Program-made: the position numbers and the translations under genes
Source of the DNA: Aplysia californica
Taxonomy: Eukaryota
Direction of reading: 5' to 3'
Length of the DNA stretch: 64,000 nt
Assembly (NCBI RefSeq): GCF_000002075.1
Contig: NW_004797821.1
Location: forward strand, 176,604 to 240,603
Shown here: positions 50,903 through 64,000 of the stretch, piece by piece
Numbering within the stretch: position 1 is the stretch's first letter
Layout of the letters: each line of letters begins with the position of its first letter
The notes under the pieces: generated by a model
The model's input: the letters and a program-made list of their open reading frames with translations, nothing else
Told to the model about the DNA's origin: nothing
Database searches by the model: none

Positions 50903-53750
50903 GTCGCTGCTTAGTCTGGATTCAAACCGGGACCTGTTGCATGAAAAGAGGCGAAGACCTTAAAAATTACCTCTTGACCACNNNNNNNNNNNNNNNNNNN
51001 NNNNNNNNNNNNNNNNNNNNNNNNNNNNNNNNNNNNNNNNNNNNNNNNNNNNNNNNNNNNNNNNNNNNNNNNNNNNNNNNNNNNNNNNNNNNNNNNNNNN
51101 NNNNNNNNNNNNNNNNNNNNGGATTCAAACCGGGACCTGTTGCATGAAAAGAGGCGAAGACCTTAAAAATTACCTCTTGACCACGACACCTTGCGCCTCT
51201 CTCCCCTTTTCTCGCCTTCTCATACTCACAACAGTTAGTAAGGTGAAAGTCAACAAACAATCAGACAACGTCACTGAAACCCGACTGTCGAGCCCCCCGA
51301 TGTCGCGTTTCGCCCACCCGCTTCCCTCCCCTAATTTAATAGGCTATCCGCGTCCCACTCCTCACCGTCAATGCGCCATGGACAGTTCATGGTGACCTGT
51401 ATTTTCACTCAAAAAAATACAGAGTGTTTCAGAACCAGAAACAGCTTACTTCACTCAATGCATATCATTGGGTAAAAATTCTAGGCAATTTGTGTAATAT
51501 ATCATGTATCTGCGGAGGCCTATATTATAGATATACATGTATCTTTTATTACTGCATAAAGGAAAACAGAATCAAACTTAAAAAGGCCTTCGCTGTTTCT
51601 TACAGATGCAAAGTTGGTGACAAACACAAAAGTTTGTTTCATCACGTAGGCTGCATGAGTGCCCGTGTCACAAACCTTCTCCAAATGGGGGGTTGGGGGG
51701 GGGGGGTGTCAATGCCTCTTCCTGTGCTAATGGTTTGGTGGAGATCACGCATGCCATTCCGAAAACAACTACATAATTATATATAATACATGTTGGGGTT
51801 TTTTGGTGTTTTTTTTATACAGTATAACCCGGATAGGTCGAACACGGATTACTCGAAATCTTTTGTAAGAAAATATCGCTAATGTCGACACAAACACGAA
51901 ATAGTCGAACTAATTACACCGCCGAAGAGGTCTGAAGTCAATGTCCTTTGAGGTGCACAAGCTAATAATAATGATAGTAATAATAAAAACGGAAAAAGTA
52001 GGGTCGGTAAAACACCCCCCCCCCCCACCCCCACCCCCCTTTCACATAAGCAGCTAGCTGTGCTATTTTTAGCGCACTGCTCGACACGCGTGCCCAATGA
52101 TATACGGTCTCTGCGCGTGCCTATAACTATAAGGTCCAAGGCCTGCTTGTGTGGAGCGGGAGAGAGGAGGGGCTGTGCTTGCTTGATGATCACACGATCG
52201 GCCGCCCCACCCCTCTTTGCAAAGGACTTAGCGCTTGGTGAGAGAGGCCGGGTAGGGCTGCATTGTTTCGTCATCCGTTGTTGATTACTGTTGCAATATA
52301 ATATATATAAGCGTTAACTTGTCAAATTGTTTATGTTTTGAAAATTTTGAAAAGGCACCGTTCGATTGGTGCAGACTAAAGACCGCTCACACTGACCTGC
52401 GAAATTAAATTGTCTTGATACCGCGGTAGGCTCATTATCGGTACCGATCGTACTCAAAGGCGTTACATGTACTCTTTGTGTTTCTCATTCCCAATCTGTC
52501 AATTTCAGATTCTCTCAGATTTCAAATTCAAGCCAACAAGCATAATATACCTAACCTATCTGATCTGAGACAATGATCGAAAAAAAAATCTCTGTTCCTA
52601 CCTACCCCCTCTTTATTGTCACCTCCCTTGATTCTCAGACACAGCAGAATATAACACTGTTCACGTATCCCTCCAACTACTACGGATCCCTCGAACTACC
52701 GAGGCCGGTCCCGACGAATTTCAGCGACTGTTATCATGTAATATGTCGGTTGTGCAACAAGTTAGAAAAGAACTTTTAATGGAAATCAGAATAGCAAATA
52801 ATAATTATAATTTAGTTTACTCAAAATTGAATGTAGTATGAGATGATGAGCCTGGCCTGAAAAACAGACTTAAGCATCAGCAGCAAATAAACCCTATTTT
52901 CACTTATTTTATTAAAGCAAGAACGTACCTCAGATATGATCAGGTATGGACTGTGGGCGACCTTAATTCTCAGACATTTGAGCTGCCAAATCGTAAGGCT
53001 GAATTTATGAGCTCCAGCTATGGAACTTTATTAATTGTTGACAGTGTAAGGGAGAGCACATTAAGAAATCGTGAAACGGATTTTTGGCAATTGATTATAA
53101 TGAAGTAGGCTACAACCTGGTTGCATACGTAATAATGATGTGGATGGTCTAATGAAAAATAATACGGAGCTTGAGTAATAAACATGGGGAACAATTTCGT
53201 CGAGCTATCGTTTCTGCTAGTGACTGGTTTGGGCTACTCGAGATCAAGGTAGGCTCCAGCGATGTCATGGAGCTTTTTCTGTCAGCTCATGGCAGCAAGA
53301 TTGTTGGTTAGTTACAAGAAGTACCAGAATTTGAATACAAGGGGTGTACTCCACCGGAGCGAAGAAACAACGAGTCAAATACGTATAGTAACCACCAATA
53401 CGGAGTCACAGCCTATTGATTAGGCCTATATACTTGTAAGATATGAAAGCGTGATATATATTTAAGCGTGAAATGTCAGTATATCATTTTCGTGTCCCAA
53501 AATCTCTATAAATGTGATGTTCAAGCCGAAAAACAGATACTATTTGAAAAATTGTCTAGACCAGTGCGATCAAATTCAGGAGCAGACCGAAGAAGGCCTA
53601 CGTCGATCATGATCATGATAATTGCATTACAGCGACCAATCATGTCAGATACAAATTTGTGGTTTTGCGAATGATATAGTTGTACTTGTAGATGCTCTAT
53701 TGCTTCTTTGGTTAAAATTTGTGACCAGTGACCATATGTTCCTATCTTTG

Positions 53751-53900
53751 AATAACGGTAATTAAGGAATAAGTAAAGAAATCGTACTACATTGATCAGA
53801 ATTGCACAGTTTGCACGCTCATTTCAATTCTGAAACTTTTAAAATCGTTGGCAATTCAATATAGTACGATTTCTTTACTTATTCCATAATTACCGTTATT
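53751..53900. repeat. 150-bp foldback / MITE with 45-bp arms
   Basis: aataacggtaattaaggaataagtaaagaaatcgtactacattga and its reverse complement, with 2 mismatches. Confidence 0.85.
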
Positions 53901-54540
53901 TGGTATTTATTTAGAACGGACGGAAAATGGAAATCATATAACATAGATAAACTTTTAACACAAAAAAGAGAGAAAGATTGAAGCAAAGATAGAATAGGCT
54001 ACTTTGAAAAAGCACCCCCCCCCCTCTTTTTTTTGGGTTTCTTTTTCTTTGATACTGCAGAAAATTAGCCCTAACAGTATCGTTCATATTATCAGCGAAA
54101 GTAAACAGAACACCGCTAAAACTGGAAATATTAGATTTTCGCGGGAAATAAAACAAAAACAAGAAATTACATAATAATATGAAATGAAAAAAAATATCTA
54201 GAATAACTAATTATGCTATTTGAAGGTTGAAATAAACTGAGAAAACCATCAAACAGAGAGAGATGAATAAGAATGACTGTATACAATGATGTGTAAGCAT
54301 AAAGTAGATCAAATTGTTTTTGTATGCCAAACAAGTATTTGTACTAGCTTTACAAGTGACGGAAATATTGACCTCATCTTCATCCTTGACCCTGCCCTGA
54401 AATTCAAGGACGTAACCTACCGGTAGCTCCGCTTCACAGATCAGATCACCACTGACAGACTGAAGGCCTACCCCAGGAAGAACAAACTCCGTTATTACGT
54501 TAAACCCGGTTGATCCTATAACCAGAAACAGCTCATCATC

Positions 54541-54655
54541 ATGCCTGGCGACCGCAAATTCTTTGTTGGGGGTAACTGGAAAATGAATGGCGATAAAAAG
54601 TCCATTGATGATATTGTTGCCTTCATGAAGACTGGCCCTCTGAACAGCAACACTG
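54541..54655 (+). CDS. TPI1: TPI exon 1 ([17 protein letters not shown]...)
   Basis: [12 protein letters not shown] with the catalytic Lys; donor gtgagt at 54656; 115 nt. Confidence 0.97.
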
Positions 54656-55853
54656 GTGAGTTGTCTAATACACAGTGCTAACGTACGCGGCTTTCCTCAC
54701 GTACGAGTTCGAAAAAAGCAAAAAAGAAGATAGTGCTCCCCTGGGCTTCACTTGACAGTTGAAACAGACATGCCTTTCTATTACTGATAAAAAAAATTCA
54801 TGCGTTTCATTGACTGTGATGAAAGAAATAAGATGCACTTCACTGGTCACTTTCACTGCAGTGGCTGATGAAAGAAATGGAACTTTTGCTCATAAATGTT
54901 TTAGATACAGGTTGTCCCTTTGTACTTTGTTGAAGATTCGTCACTTGTGTTTTTGAAATTTGATTTACAAACAGTTAGCCTACTGAATTCTGTTGAAACC
55001 AACAACCTGTTACCTCTCGATCAAGATGTATAAAAAATCTAGGCCTACTTTTCTAATAATATACAGTGCTGTCGAGTAGCAGACAGAGCTGTGTTATCAG
55101 TTATGTCACTTACACTTACAGGGAAAAATTCCACCATGATCATTCATGATCATATCTTAATAGGTTAATAGTGAGAAAAAAAAAAGATAAGCCACCTTTT
55201 TATCCCCAGTCCGGTGAAAAAACCTGGCCACAACTATTGGGAGAAACTCCACAACGTGACTCCATCACCCCCACTTTGATTTAGGAGAAGGAAAGCCATG
55301 AGGAATAAATTCTAGAAATCGGGATGTATGAACATGATAATTGCTTATCTATCTCAGAAATTTTAATTATGAACAGAGCAAGACATTACCCTTACTATTA
55401 TCATGCAGAACGGTCACATCAACAACAGTGCGCAGTTCTTTACAAACCCCAAGCCAATTCATGTTATTTGTCATAATAATTTAACTTAAGTGTTAACCTA
55501 TAGTTTTGTAGGCCATTGTCACGACACGGTGGAATCAGGTGCTCGTCATTTTTTGAGCTAGAGTTATAGACCAGTGTCACCTTAAAGCCTGTCTATTTCT
55601 ATTGTCAATATTTGTCATGCTTTCAATGAAAAAAAGGCCTTCCTTTAAGAGTGAATAGCAGTCGCCACACCACCACCCCTCTCTCCTGGTTCACTTTTAG
55701 ACCTAAGTTAAAAGAAATAATCCATCATTTTTTCAGCATCCTGCTGTATTATCTCTGTAGTGAGTGTGCAGGCTACTTGAGTGGATGATGGGAAGCAGAG
55801 TGTCGAACTTCATTATAATCATTTGTGTTTTCGATTTTTTTTTCCTTCTTCAG

Positions 55854-55977
55854 ATATCGTGGTGGCCCCACCATATTGCTACATCCAATACAGCCGAGAT
55901 GGTCTGCCTGCAAATGTGGAAGTAGCTGCTCAGAATTGCTACACAGAAAAATCTGGTGCTTTTACAGGAGAAATCAG
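55854..55977 (+). CDS. TPI1: TPI exon 2 (DIVVAPP...AAQNCY...GAFTGEIS)
   Basis: cttcag acceptor, gtacac donor, 124 nt. Confidence 0.97.
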
Positions 55978-56033
55978 GTACACATGCACACACACACACA
56001 CACACACACGCACACACACACACGCACACACAC

Positions 56034-56064
<31 letters not shown>

Positions 56065-56377
56065 TGACACACACGCAGGCACACCTGAAGCTGAAGCAAG
56101 AGGGCTGACGGGGTCAAACTTAAAACAAAACAAATCTTGTTTGTACCATTAATGTTTTAATAGTATGATGTGTCTTGTTTAAGTACCCAACCCAGTGCTC
56201 TGTTACAAAAGTTAAGTACCCTGTCTCTAGTTCATTTTGTCAGACCCAAGTTCCTTTGAGTGCTGTGTGGTTGGATGGTAACATTGATGGATGCTCCTTC
56301 TAACTTTTTTTTGTCTTCGTTTATTCTCTAACCTCTACTTCTACCCATAATTCCTTGACAATTTTTGTTTCCCGTAA

Positions 56378-56914
<537 letters not shown>

Positions 56915-57944
56915 TTAAAAAATATATATTATCTAGATACAGTCTAGCATGCACATAGTCAACACTCACATATATAGCAAGACACACACATAACAAATCC
57001 AAGTTTTCTGGGCCCAAATTTGTTCTTAGTCATGTATATATATATATATATTCTATGTATTTGAAACATGTATGCAGCGAAACTTGTTCATGGCAAAAAG
57101 TTTCCCGTGTCCTGACGATTTCGCTATGTGCATCCTTGATTGTAGATTTGTTTAACTGTTTTGTATTTTTCACGTCTGCACTACAGAGACATTCGGGGGA
57201 ATTGGAACCTTGAAAGAGGCCACTCTCTTTTTAGAAAGTCAGGTTTAAAAAAAGGAGGAAGATTATACAGTCATTAAACGGAGTCCTTTCATGAGGAATG
57301 CTTACAAAGTTTGTCGACATACAGGCAGTCGTGAACCGACTCGAACACGTCAGGGTTTGACAATTATATGTTCAACATGTCCATACTTCGAATAAACTGA
57401 ATTAACGAGAAATAAGAGAGATACGGAAGAAAATCAAGGGAAGTTACTGCTGGCATAATGGTTGGAAAATAAATCAGTGCCATCGTGAAAAGTACTGTCT
57501 GAAATAACCCTTCTGTCCTCTGTGGTCCCACATAAAGCAGACTTTGTTTATCACACACGTTTGTGTTATCTTGAAAGGATCTCTAATTTAATAGACTATG
57601 TCCCTTGTTTCTTTTGCACATTATCTTTATAATAGGTATCGATGATTTGTCTATTCCATGTTTTGTTATTTTAAAAATTTATGTTCTTAAATTGAGAAGA
57701 ATCTATTTAATGCTGAGAATCATGTTTACATATTTCAAACTAAACTTCCTGCAACAAAGCAGGGAATGTAATGTCTATGACTTATGAATGCCTTTAGTCA
57801 GTTAAGGTTTCGTGGAAATGTTAACTTGAGTTTTGAGTAAAGAGAAGCTCACCAACACAATAATGGTCCTACAGTAGTGGAAGGAAGGAGCAAGACAGAC
57901 TGAGACAGACACAACAGAGGGAAAGAAAAAGAAGAAAGGAAGTG

Positions 57945-58092
57945 CAGTATAACACAGATAGCTCGAATTCGTTGGGACCGCCCTCGGTAATCCGAAGGAT
58001 CCGTAGTTCGAGGAATATCTTACAAAGATTTTTTTAAAAAAAGGAACGGCAGATTTCAAGTCTTCTGTGTTCGACCTATCCGGGTTATACTG
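57945..58092. mobile_element. Tc1/mariner-pogo-type MITE
   Basis: cagtataacac...gttatactg termini; same family as 62675-62851 and 63828-64000. Confidence 0.8.
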
Positions 58093-58217
58093 TCTGTACA
58101 TGATGTGGACCTGAACCTGCCAGTGGCACTCTCCAACCACCCGCAAAATGTCAGCCGTCGGCTGAGGTCTGTCAATTGACGATAACATGCGGTTGTTTGT
58201 GGTTTATGTCTCGGCAG

Positions 58218-58350
58218 TTGGTGGCCCAGAAGACGCGGTTTGCCCTGGACAGCGGTCTGGGCGTGGTCCCGTGTGTCGGCGAGAAGCTGGAGGAGAGAGA
58301 GGCCAACCAGACCATGGACGTCATCAACAGGCAAATGAAGGCCATCGCTG
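58218..58350 (+). CDS. TPI1: TPI exon 4 (LVAQKTRFAL...CVGEKLEERE...)
   Basis: ggcag acceptor, gtgagt donor, 133 nt. Confidence 0.96.
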
Positions 58351-58910
58351 GTGAGTACGCTGGGAAGATTTGAAAGTTTCCTTTTGTTGTAATTCATTTA
58401 GAAATGGCCCAATGTAATTTTAAAACAGTATAAGTGACATTGATTCTCAGCTGGGCTTTTTAAATCGTAACAGTGTTATGTTTGTAATGTAGAAGTCTGA
58501 CCATATTTTGCTGGGACCGATAAGAATTTTCATTTCCCACAAGTTGGATAACAGAGTTGAAATTTTACATGTATTATTTTGCTCCCTATGCCAGGTCGAC
58601 ATGTGTGTTGGGTAGGTTTTTAGGCCTAGTTGCTTTCACATTTTGATTTCAGATTGAGATTTTTGGCGTTGCTTTTTAAAACTCTTCATCTCTGATACTG
58701 ATAGGATCTGCCATTTTTTCTTGACCGATCACTGTGTGCCGGTCACTGTATTGTCTTGACCGATATAAGTCTTTCCACCTCTTCTGGTACCTAACCTAAC
58801 AGAACACCAGCAAGTTGATGTGTAGCGTGTAATCTTTGTTGAAGAGGAAGATTTCTGACTTTGATCGACTTATGCTAATGAATTTTTATTTGAAGTGTCT
58901 GATTCTCCGC

Positions 58911-59529
<619 letters not shown>

Positions 59530-59655
59530 TGAGCTTAGTAAGAAGTCTCACTGTTTGAAAAAATGGAGATACTACAAGAAAGCACTGAGGTCGCGATCTC
59601 TGTACAGAGGCATCTAAATTCCAATTGGATATTGTTTGATTTTTGTACCAAGTTA

Positions 59656-59910
59656 GTGGGTGGTTGGCGGGTGTCCTGATGTGGTCTGCTCCTTCTTTCC
59701 TATCAAACATCTATTGTCCTAGTCACTCCTCCTTCTTTTTTGGCGGATGGTGCTCTAGTGTTGTTTTCTTCTTCTTTCCTGTCAAAGTATCTGTCATCCT
59801 GATCTCTCCACCTTCTTTTTTGTGTTTGTTACTCTCTTGTAACTCCTCTAATCTTCGGCACTTATATGACCTTATTGTGCTGCAAGTGCCGTAAAACTTT
59901 TACTGAAACA
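59656..59910 (+). mobile_element. Family A copy with partial internal duplication (TPI intron 5)
   Basis: TSD gtaccaagtta at 59645-59655 and 59911-59921. Confidence 0.9.
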
Positions 59911-60085
59911 GTACCAAGTTATGCCCCGTCTCTCAGGCAGGGGTTATTTTTAGAACAGTGTCTCAAGTTTGATTGGGTTTAGATATTGGATTTTTTTGTC
60001 TTTTTTGGGGGGGGGGGGGGGGGGGCAGTATGCATTGGACGTTCAATATAATAGTACGGACCTGCTACCTTTCCCCAAGACCTAA

Positions 60086-60344
60086 GGGAGTTTTGTGTGT
60101 GTAGTTGACCTAGTGGGGTTTTGTGTGTGTAGTTGACCTAGTGGGGTTTTGTGTGTGTAGTTGACCTAGTGGGGTTTTGTGTGTGTAGTTGACCTAGTGG
60201 GGTTTTGTGTGTGTAGTTGACCTAGTGGGGTTTTGTGTGTGTAGTTGACCTAGTGGGGTTTTGTGTGTGTAGTTGACCTAGTGGGGTTTTGTGTGTGTAG
60301 TTGACCTAGTGGGGTTTTGTGTGTGTAGTTGACCTAGTGGGGTT
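60086..60344. repeat. 28-bp minisatellite (~9 units)
   Basis: ggggttttgtgtgtgtagttgacctagt repeated. Confidence 0.95.
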
Positions 60345-60893
60345 GGGAGCAGTTGGTTACGTGGAAGGCGACGCGGGCAGTATTGCATACAGACGCAAAG
60401 CTTCAAAAGACATCTTAAACATTTTCTGTTCTTACAGGCCTATCCTTCATAAGCTTTTAACGTTATTTTTCATTATATAGTTGTTCTGTTCCTATATCTG
60501 GATGAAAATAGTCTGCATTAATATATATTGCATGAGAAGAAAGGGAAGTAGTAAGAAAGGTTTAGAAAAATGGGTATTCCAATGTAAAGCGCATTGAGCT
60601 ACTTTTTTGGAAATGAGCTATATAAATGTTATATATTATTATTATTATTAAATCATTTTTGGCAGCCTTTGAGATACGTCTGTATGCAATACTGCCCACG
60701 GTGAGTTTTGTCCAGTCCTTTTATTTTAATACTAGCTACACTGTGAACAAATAATTTTTTATTTTATAGTTTTCCGTAAAGTCACTCTTTTGTGAATTTG
60801 TTATGAGAAATAAATCATGCTCAATCTCAAGGTAAGAAATTAAATCTGTCTGCAGTTTGAAAAGAAGTAGTATCATTTCCTGGTTGACTCTGA

Positions 60894-61043
<150 letters not shown>

Positions 61044-61316
61044 ACGCACCGTCCGTCCCTAATGCAAAAAATTTTTAAAAAACGAAAATAGCCCTTTTGT
61101 TAATATAATGCTTCATCTAAACTGGATTTTGGGAATTGGTTCATCATCTCTGTCATGAACTCGCGTGTCAGAAGTTTTGAGCGTGTTCTAGGCTGTGACT
61201 GCATTGCCTTTGCTTGTTGTCAGATGTGTGTTCCTGCACAGTGGCATATTATATCACTCTTTATACATGCCCTGTTTTGGGTATTAGATACACTGGATTT
61301 TGACAGGGTAGGCTTT

Positions 61317-61860
61317 TCAGATCTGACCATATAAGCTTTGGAAGAAATGTAGTCGCAGCCTGTTGCCTCTAAGCTTGATGACACATAAGTTCAAGAGATG
61401 GATGATGGGTTCGTCAGCAAAGTCAAGGTCGAGACTGTTGGGATGTATGTCTGTGCAAGCGCAGCTCTCTCCCTCGAGAGGCTTGTGGTGTCGCATTCTG
61501 TCCTGTCCACTGTCTCGATTCTTTGACTTCACGCTGTAGAGAGCCTGCGGGTATTGGGGAAGCTACGGACAAGTTCTGTACTGTCTAGTTGGTGGGTCTG
61601 TGAAGCTGGAAATGACCGGGTCCTTGAACAGAGAGATCTCCCTTCCTTGTTTTCTGGAGAGCTGACCGGTCTAATACGGAGAGCTACGACCGTTGTTTTA
61701 GTCTCAAACTTCATCAACGCTGTTCTGGGACTCTGGTGTTTCCAGTATGCTGTCGGGTTTTATTCTCTTTCTATTCCTCTACCTTCTGTTTCGTTGAAAG
61801 TTGTCGATGAAAGAGCTTTGACCTTGGGTCAGTTTTGTCATCTCAATTACAACTGAGCAG
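61317..61860 (-). mobile_element. Decayed LINE ORF2 C-terminal fragment downstream of TPI
   Basis: SGQDRMRHH...CAC...HLLNLC...LYG resembles the C-terminal zinc finger of I-group LINEs. Confidence 0.45.
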
Positions 61861-62674
61861 TTTGTATCCATGTCTGTGACATTTTAATGGAAAACGTATG
61901 GCCCCCCCCCCCCCCTGAGATTAAAAACCACATCTCAGTTTCTGTTTATATATATATTGGGACTGATACTTTAGTAAGAGTATAAACTTACATTACAAGA
62001 AAGGATAGGAATATCAGTTCCGTAGCTTTATGTTGAGATTGAAATACAGCGTACTTTTACTGCTACTTACTACCCCTCTCCCCTGGTTCTTAGCTTTATT
62101 TCTGTCTTTGTAAGTTATTGATTAATTTCTTCTTCCTTCTTCCTCACCACACTCCCCTTGCCCCAGTTGATTTAATTTGTTGTCTGTATACGAATCATTT
62201 GTGTCTCTGGGAATGATATGACTGTTCTGACAGCCTTTATTCTTGCAAGGATTTGCAGTGTTTCTGTGGCTAGTACATGTACTAGTTTTGTCTCTGTTTG
62301 TCTAATTTATGATGTCCGACAGAGATAGATCTGGTTTAGTCGTCTGGCTGCACCAGATTGAGTTTTGGTGACATCTAGTAGGTCATTTTTCTCCCAGCAT
62401 CTGCGGGACAGTGGTGTGTACAAATCACTTGTCGGTGAAACACCAACAGTATTGTCTACTTGCTTTGTGTCAGTAGGCCCCTAGTACTTGTGCTTTTTCT
62501 ACCGTCACCTACATGTTGTTTAATACTTTTGGTAGACTAATGCAAGATGAAAACTCTGTCAAATGGTGAGATTAAAATCATTGGATAATAACTGAAAACT
62601 TTTTTCCTGTAATTTTTTTTTTTTTGACTTCTAATTTTTTAGAGAGATGAGCCCCATATTGGCCTCTATATATA

Positions 62675-62851
62675 CAGTATAACACGGATTGCTCGAATTC
62701 GTCGAGACCGGTCTCGGTAGTTCGAGGGATTCGTAGTTTGAGGGATATCTTACAAAGATAAAGAAGAAAAAAAACCAGGGACCACGGGCACAGTTTGACG
62801 GGTGCATGATTTTGAGTCTTCTGTGTTCGACCTATCATCTGTGTTATACTG
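62675..62851. mobile_element. Tc1/mariner-pogo-type MITE with TA TSD
   Basis: ta|cagtataacac...gtgttatactg|ta. Confidence 0.85.
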
Positions 62852-62997
62852 TAGTTTCAGCCAGGTAGTGGCCTGGGTTCTTCAAAATGGTAACCCCTCA
62901 CTGTGTTAGGGTTTATGAAAAGTCTGGTTGTTGAACCAGTGCTGTGTTGGCCCGAGCTCCATGCATAAATACTTACTAAGTTATTATCTTTTTCTTT

Positions 62998-63280
62998 TTT
63001 TTAGTTTTAGTTTTAGTAGAGTTGTTTAACAGCGCTCGCAACTGCCTAAGGTCATGTGAGTGCCAAGGGGTGGATGTCTACAGAGAAGTCCATACAGGGA
63101 ATCAGGCGTACTCTGCTCATTTCTCTAGCCTCAACGACACAATTAGGTCATATGGTCATATAAGTCGCTGAAAATTAAAGAATTATTGCAAGAAACACAA
63201 GAAGAAGAGATGAGGACAATAGAGAGGTTTGGTAGGAAAGAAGGAGCCAACCACACTAGAACACCCGCCAACCACCCACT
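62998..63280 (-). mobile_element. Family B 3' part joined to a family A body
   Basis: Tail plus the B-specific segment (gggtggatgtctacagagaag...), followed by an A body and head. Confidence 0.75.
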
Positions 63281-63471
63281 TTCAACACGATGGAAAGCCC
63301 TACAGCGCAAAAAAGAAAGCTAAAGACAGCATGGAAGAACAAAGTTTACAGTATTGTGTTTGTACGAGTGGTTTATTAACCCCTTCCTTGTATCGACTGG
63401 TCAAGCATCTGTCTGTCTCTACACAACCATGCAACATTGGCAAAACACAATAGAACTTTGAGCTTGTTGGC

Positions 63472-63685
63472 ACACACACACTCACATACACACACACTGT
63501 CGCACACTCACATACACACACACTGTCGCACACTCACATACACACACACTGTCGCACACTCACATACACACACACTGTCGCACACTCACATACACACACA
63601 CTGTCGCACACTCACATACACACACACTGTCGCACACTCACATACACACACACTGTCGCACACTCACATACACACACACTCGCAT
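63472..63685. repeat. 26-bp CA-rich tandem repeat
   Basis: cacactcacatacacacacactgtcg, about 8 units. Confidence 0.9.
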
Positions 63686-63827
63686 ACACATAAACAAATA
63701 CACACTCACACACATTATAATTTGAATATGTATCATATCACAAAGTAAATCCTACCACAATCAATGCTATTTAAAGTAAAGGCAGCAAAACAACATTGAT
63801 AAAAAATATACAGAGTCCAAAAAAATA

Positions 63828-64000
63828 CAGTATAACACGGATAGATCGAATTCGTCGGGACCGGCCTCGGTAGTTCCAGAGATTCGTAGTTTGAGGGATA
63901 TCCTACAAAGATAAAGAAAAAGAAAAAACCGGACTGCAGGCACAGTTCCACGAATGCGTGATTTCGAGTCTTCTGTGTTCGACCTATCCGTGTTATACTG
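63828..64000. mobile_element. Tc1/mariner-pogo-type MITE
   Basis: ta|cagtataacacggatag...ctatccgtgttatactg. Confidence 0.85.

Noticed and set aside
50918-51184. 64-bp direct repeat on both sides of an N-gap
   Set aside because: Identical sequence flanking a gap is most simply an unmerged contig overlap.
31332-51260. ORFs containing long X runs
   Set aside because: Artefacts of translating through N-gaps.

Overview
Eukaryotic (animal) genomic DNA from a repeat-rich draft assembly with seven N-gaps; a lophotrochozoan such as a mollusc is plausible but is inference only. Three spliced genes can be reconstructed by hand with GT-AG introns and consistent phases: LZIC (+, 5 coding exons, 2464-6844, 190 aa), DDB2/XPE (-, 9 coding exons, 45788-28880, 635 aa with long N- and C-terminal extensions) and triosephosphate isomerase TPI (+, 6 coding exons, 54541-61043, 249 aa). 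LZIC and DDB2 are convergent and separated by a 22-kb transposon graveyard (Sola2-like, hAT/CGGBP1-like, piggyBac, gag-like ORF1, tRNA-SINEs). DDB2 and TPI are divergent, with a Merlin/IS1595-type transposase remnant between them. The most unusual signal is a ~180-bp (family A) / ~400-bp (family B) short retroposon with target-site duplications, a fixed 5' end, no recognisable Pol III promoter and covarying RNA hairpins. All ~19 intronic copies lie on the sense strand of their host gene and many sit within ~15-250 nt of splice sites. One copy duplicated a splice donor, one probably supplies a branch point, and two have expanded into tandem arrays. Repeat boundaries were read by eye and are approximate unless TSDs or TIRs are quoted.
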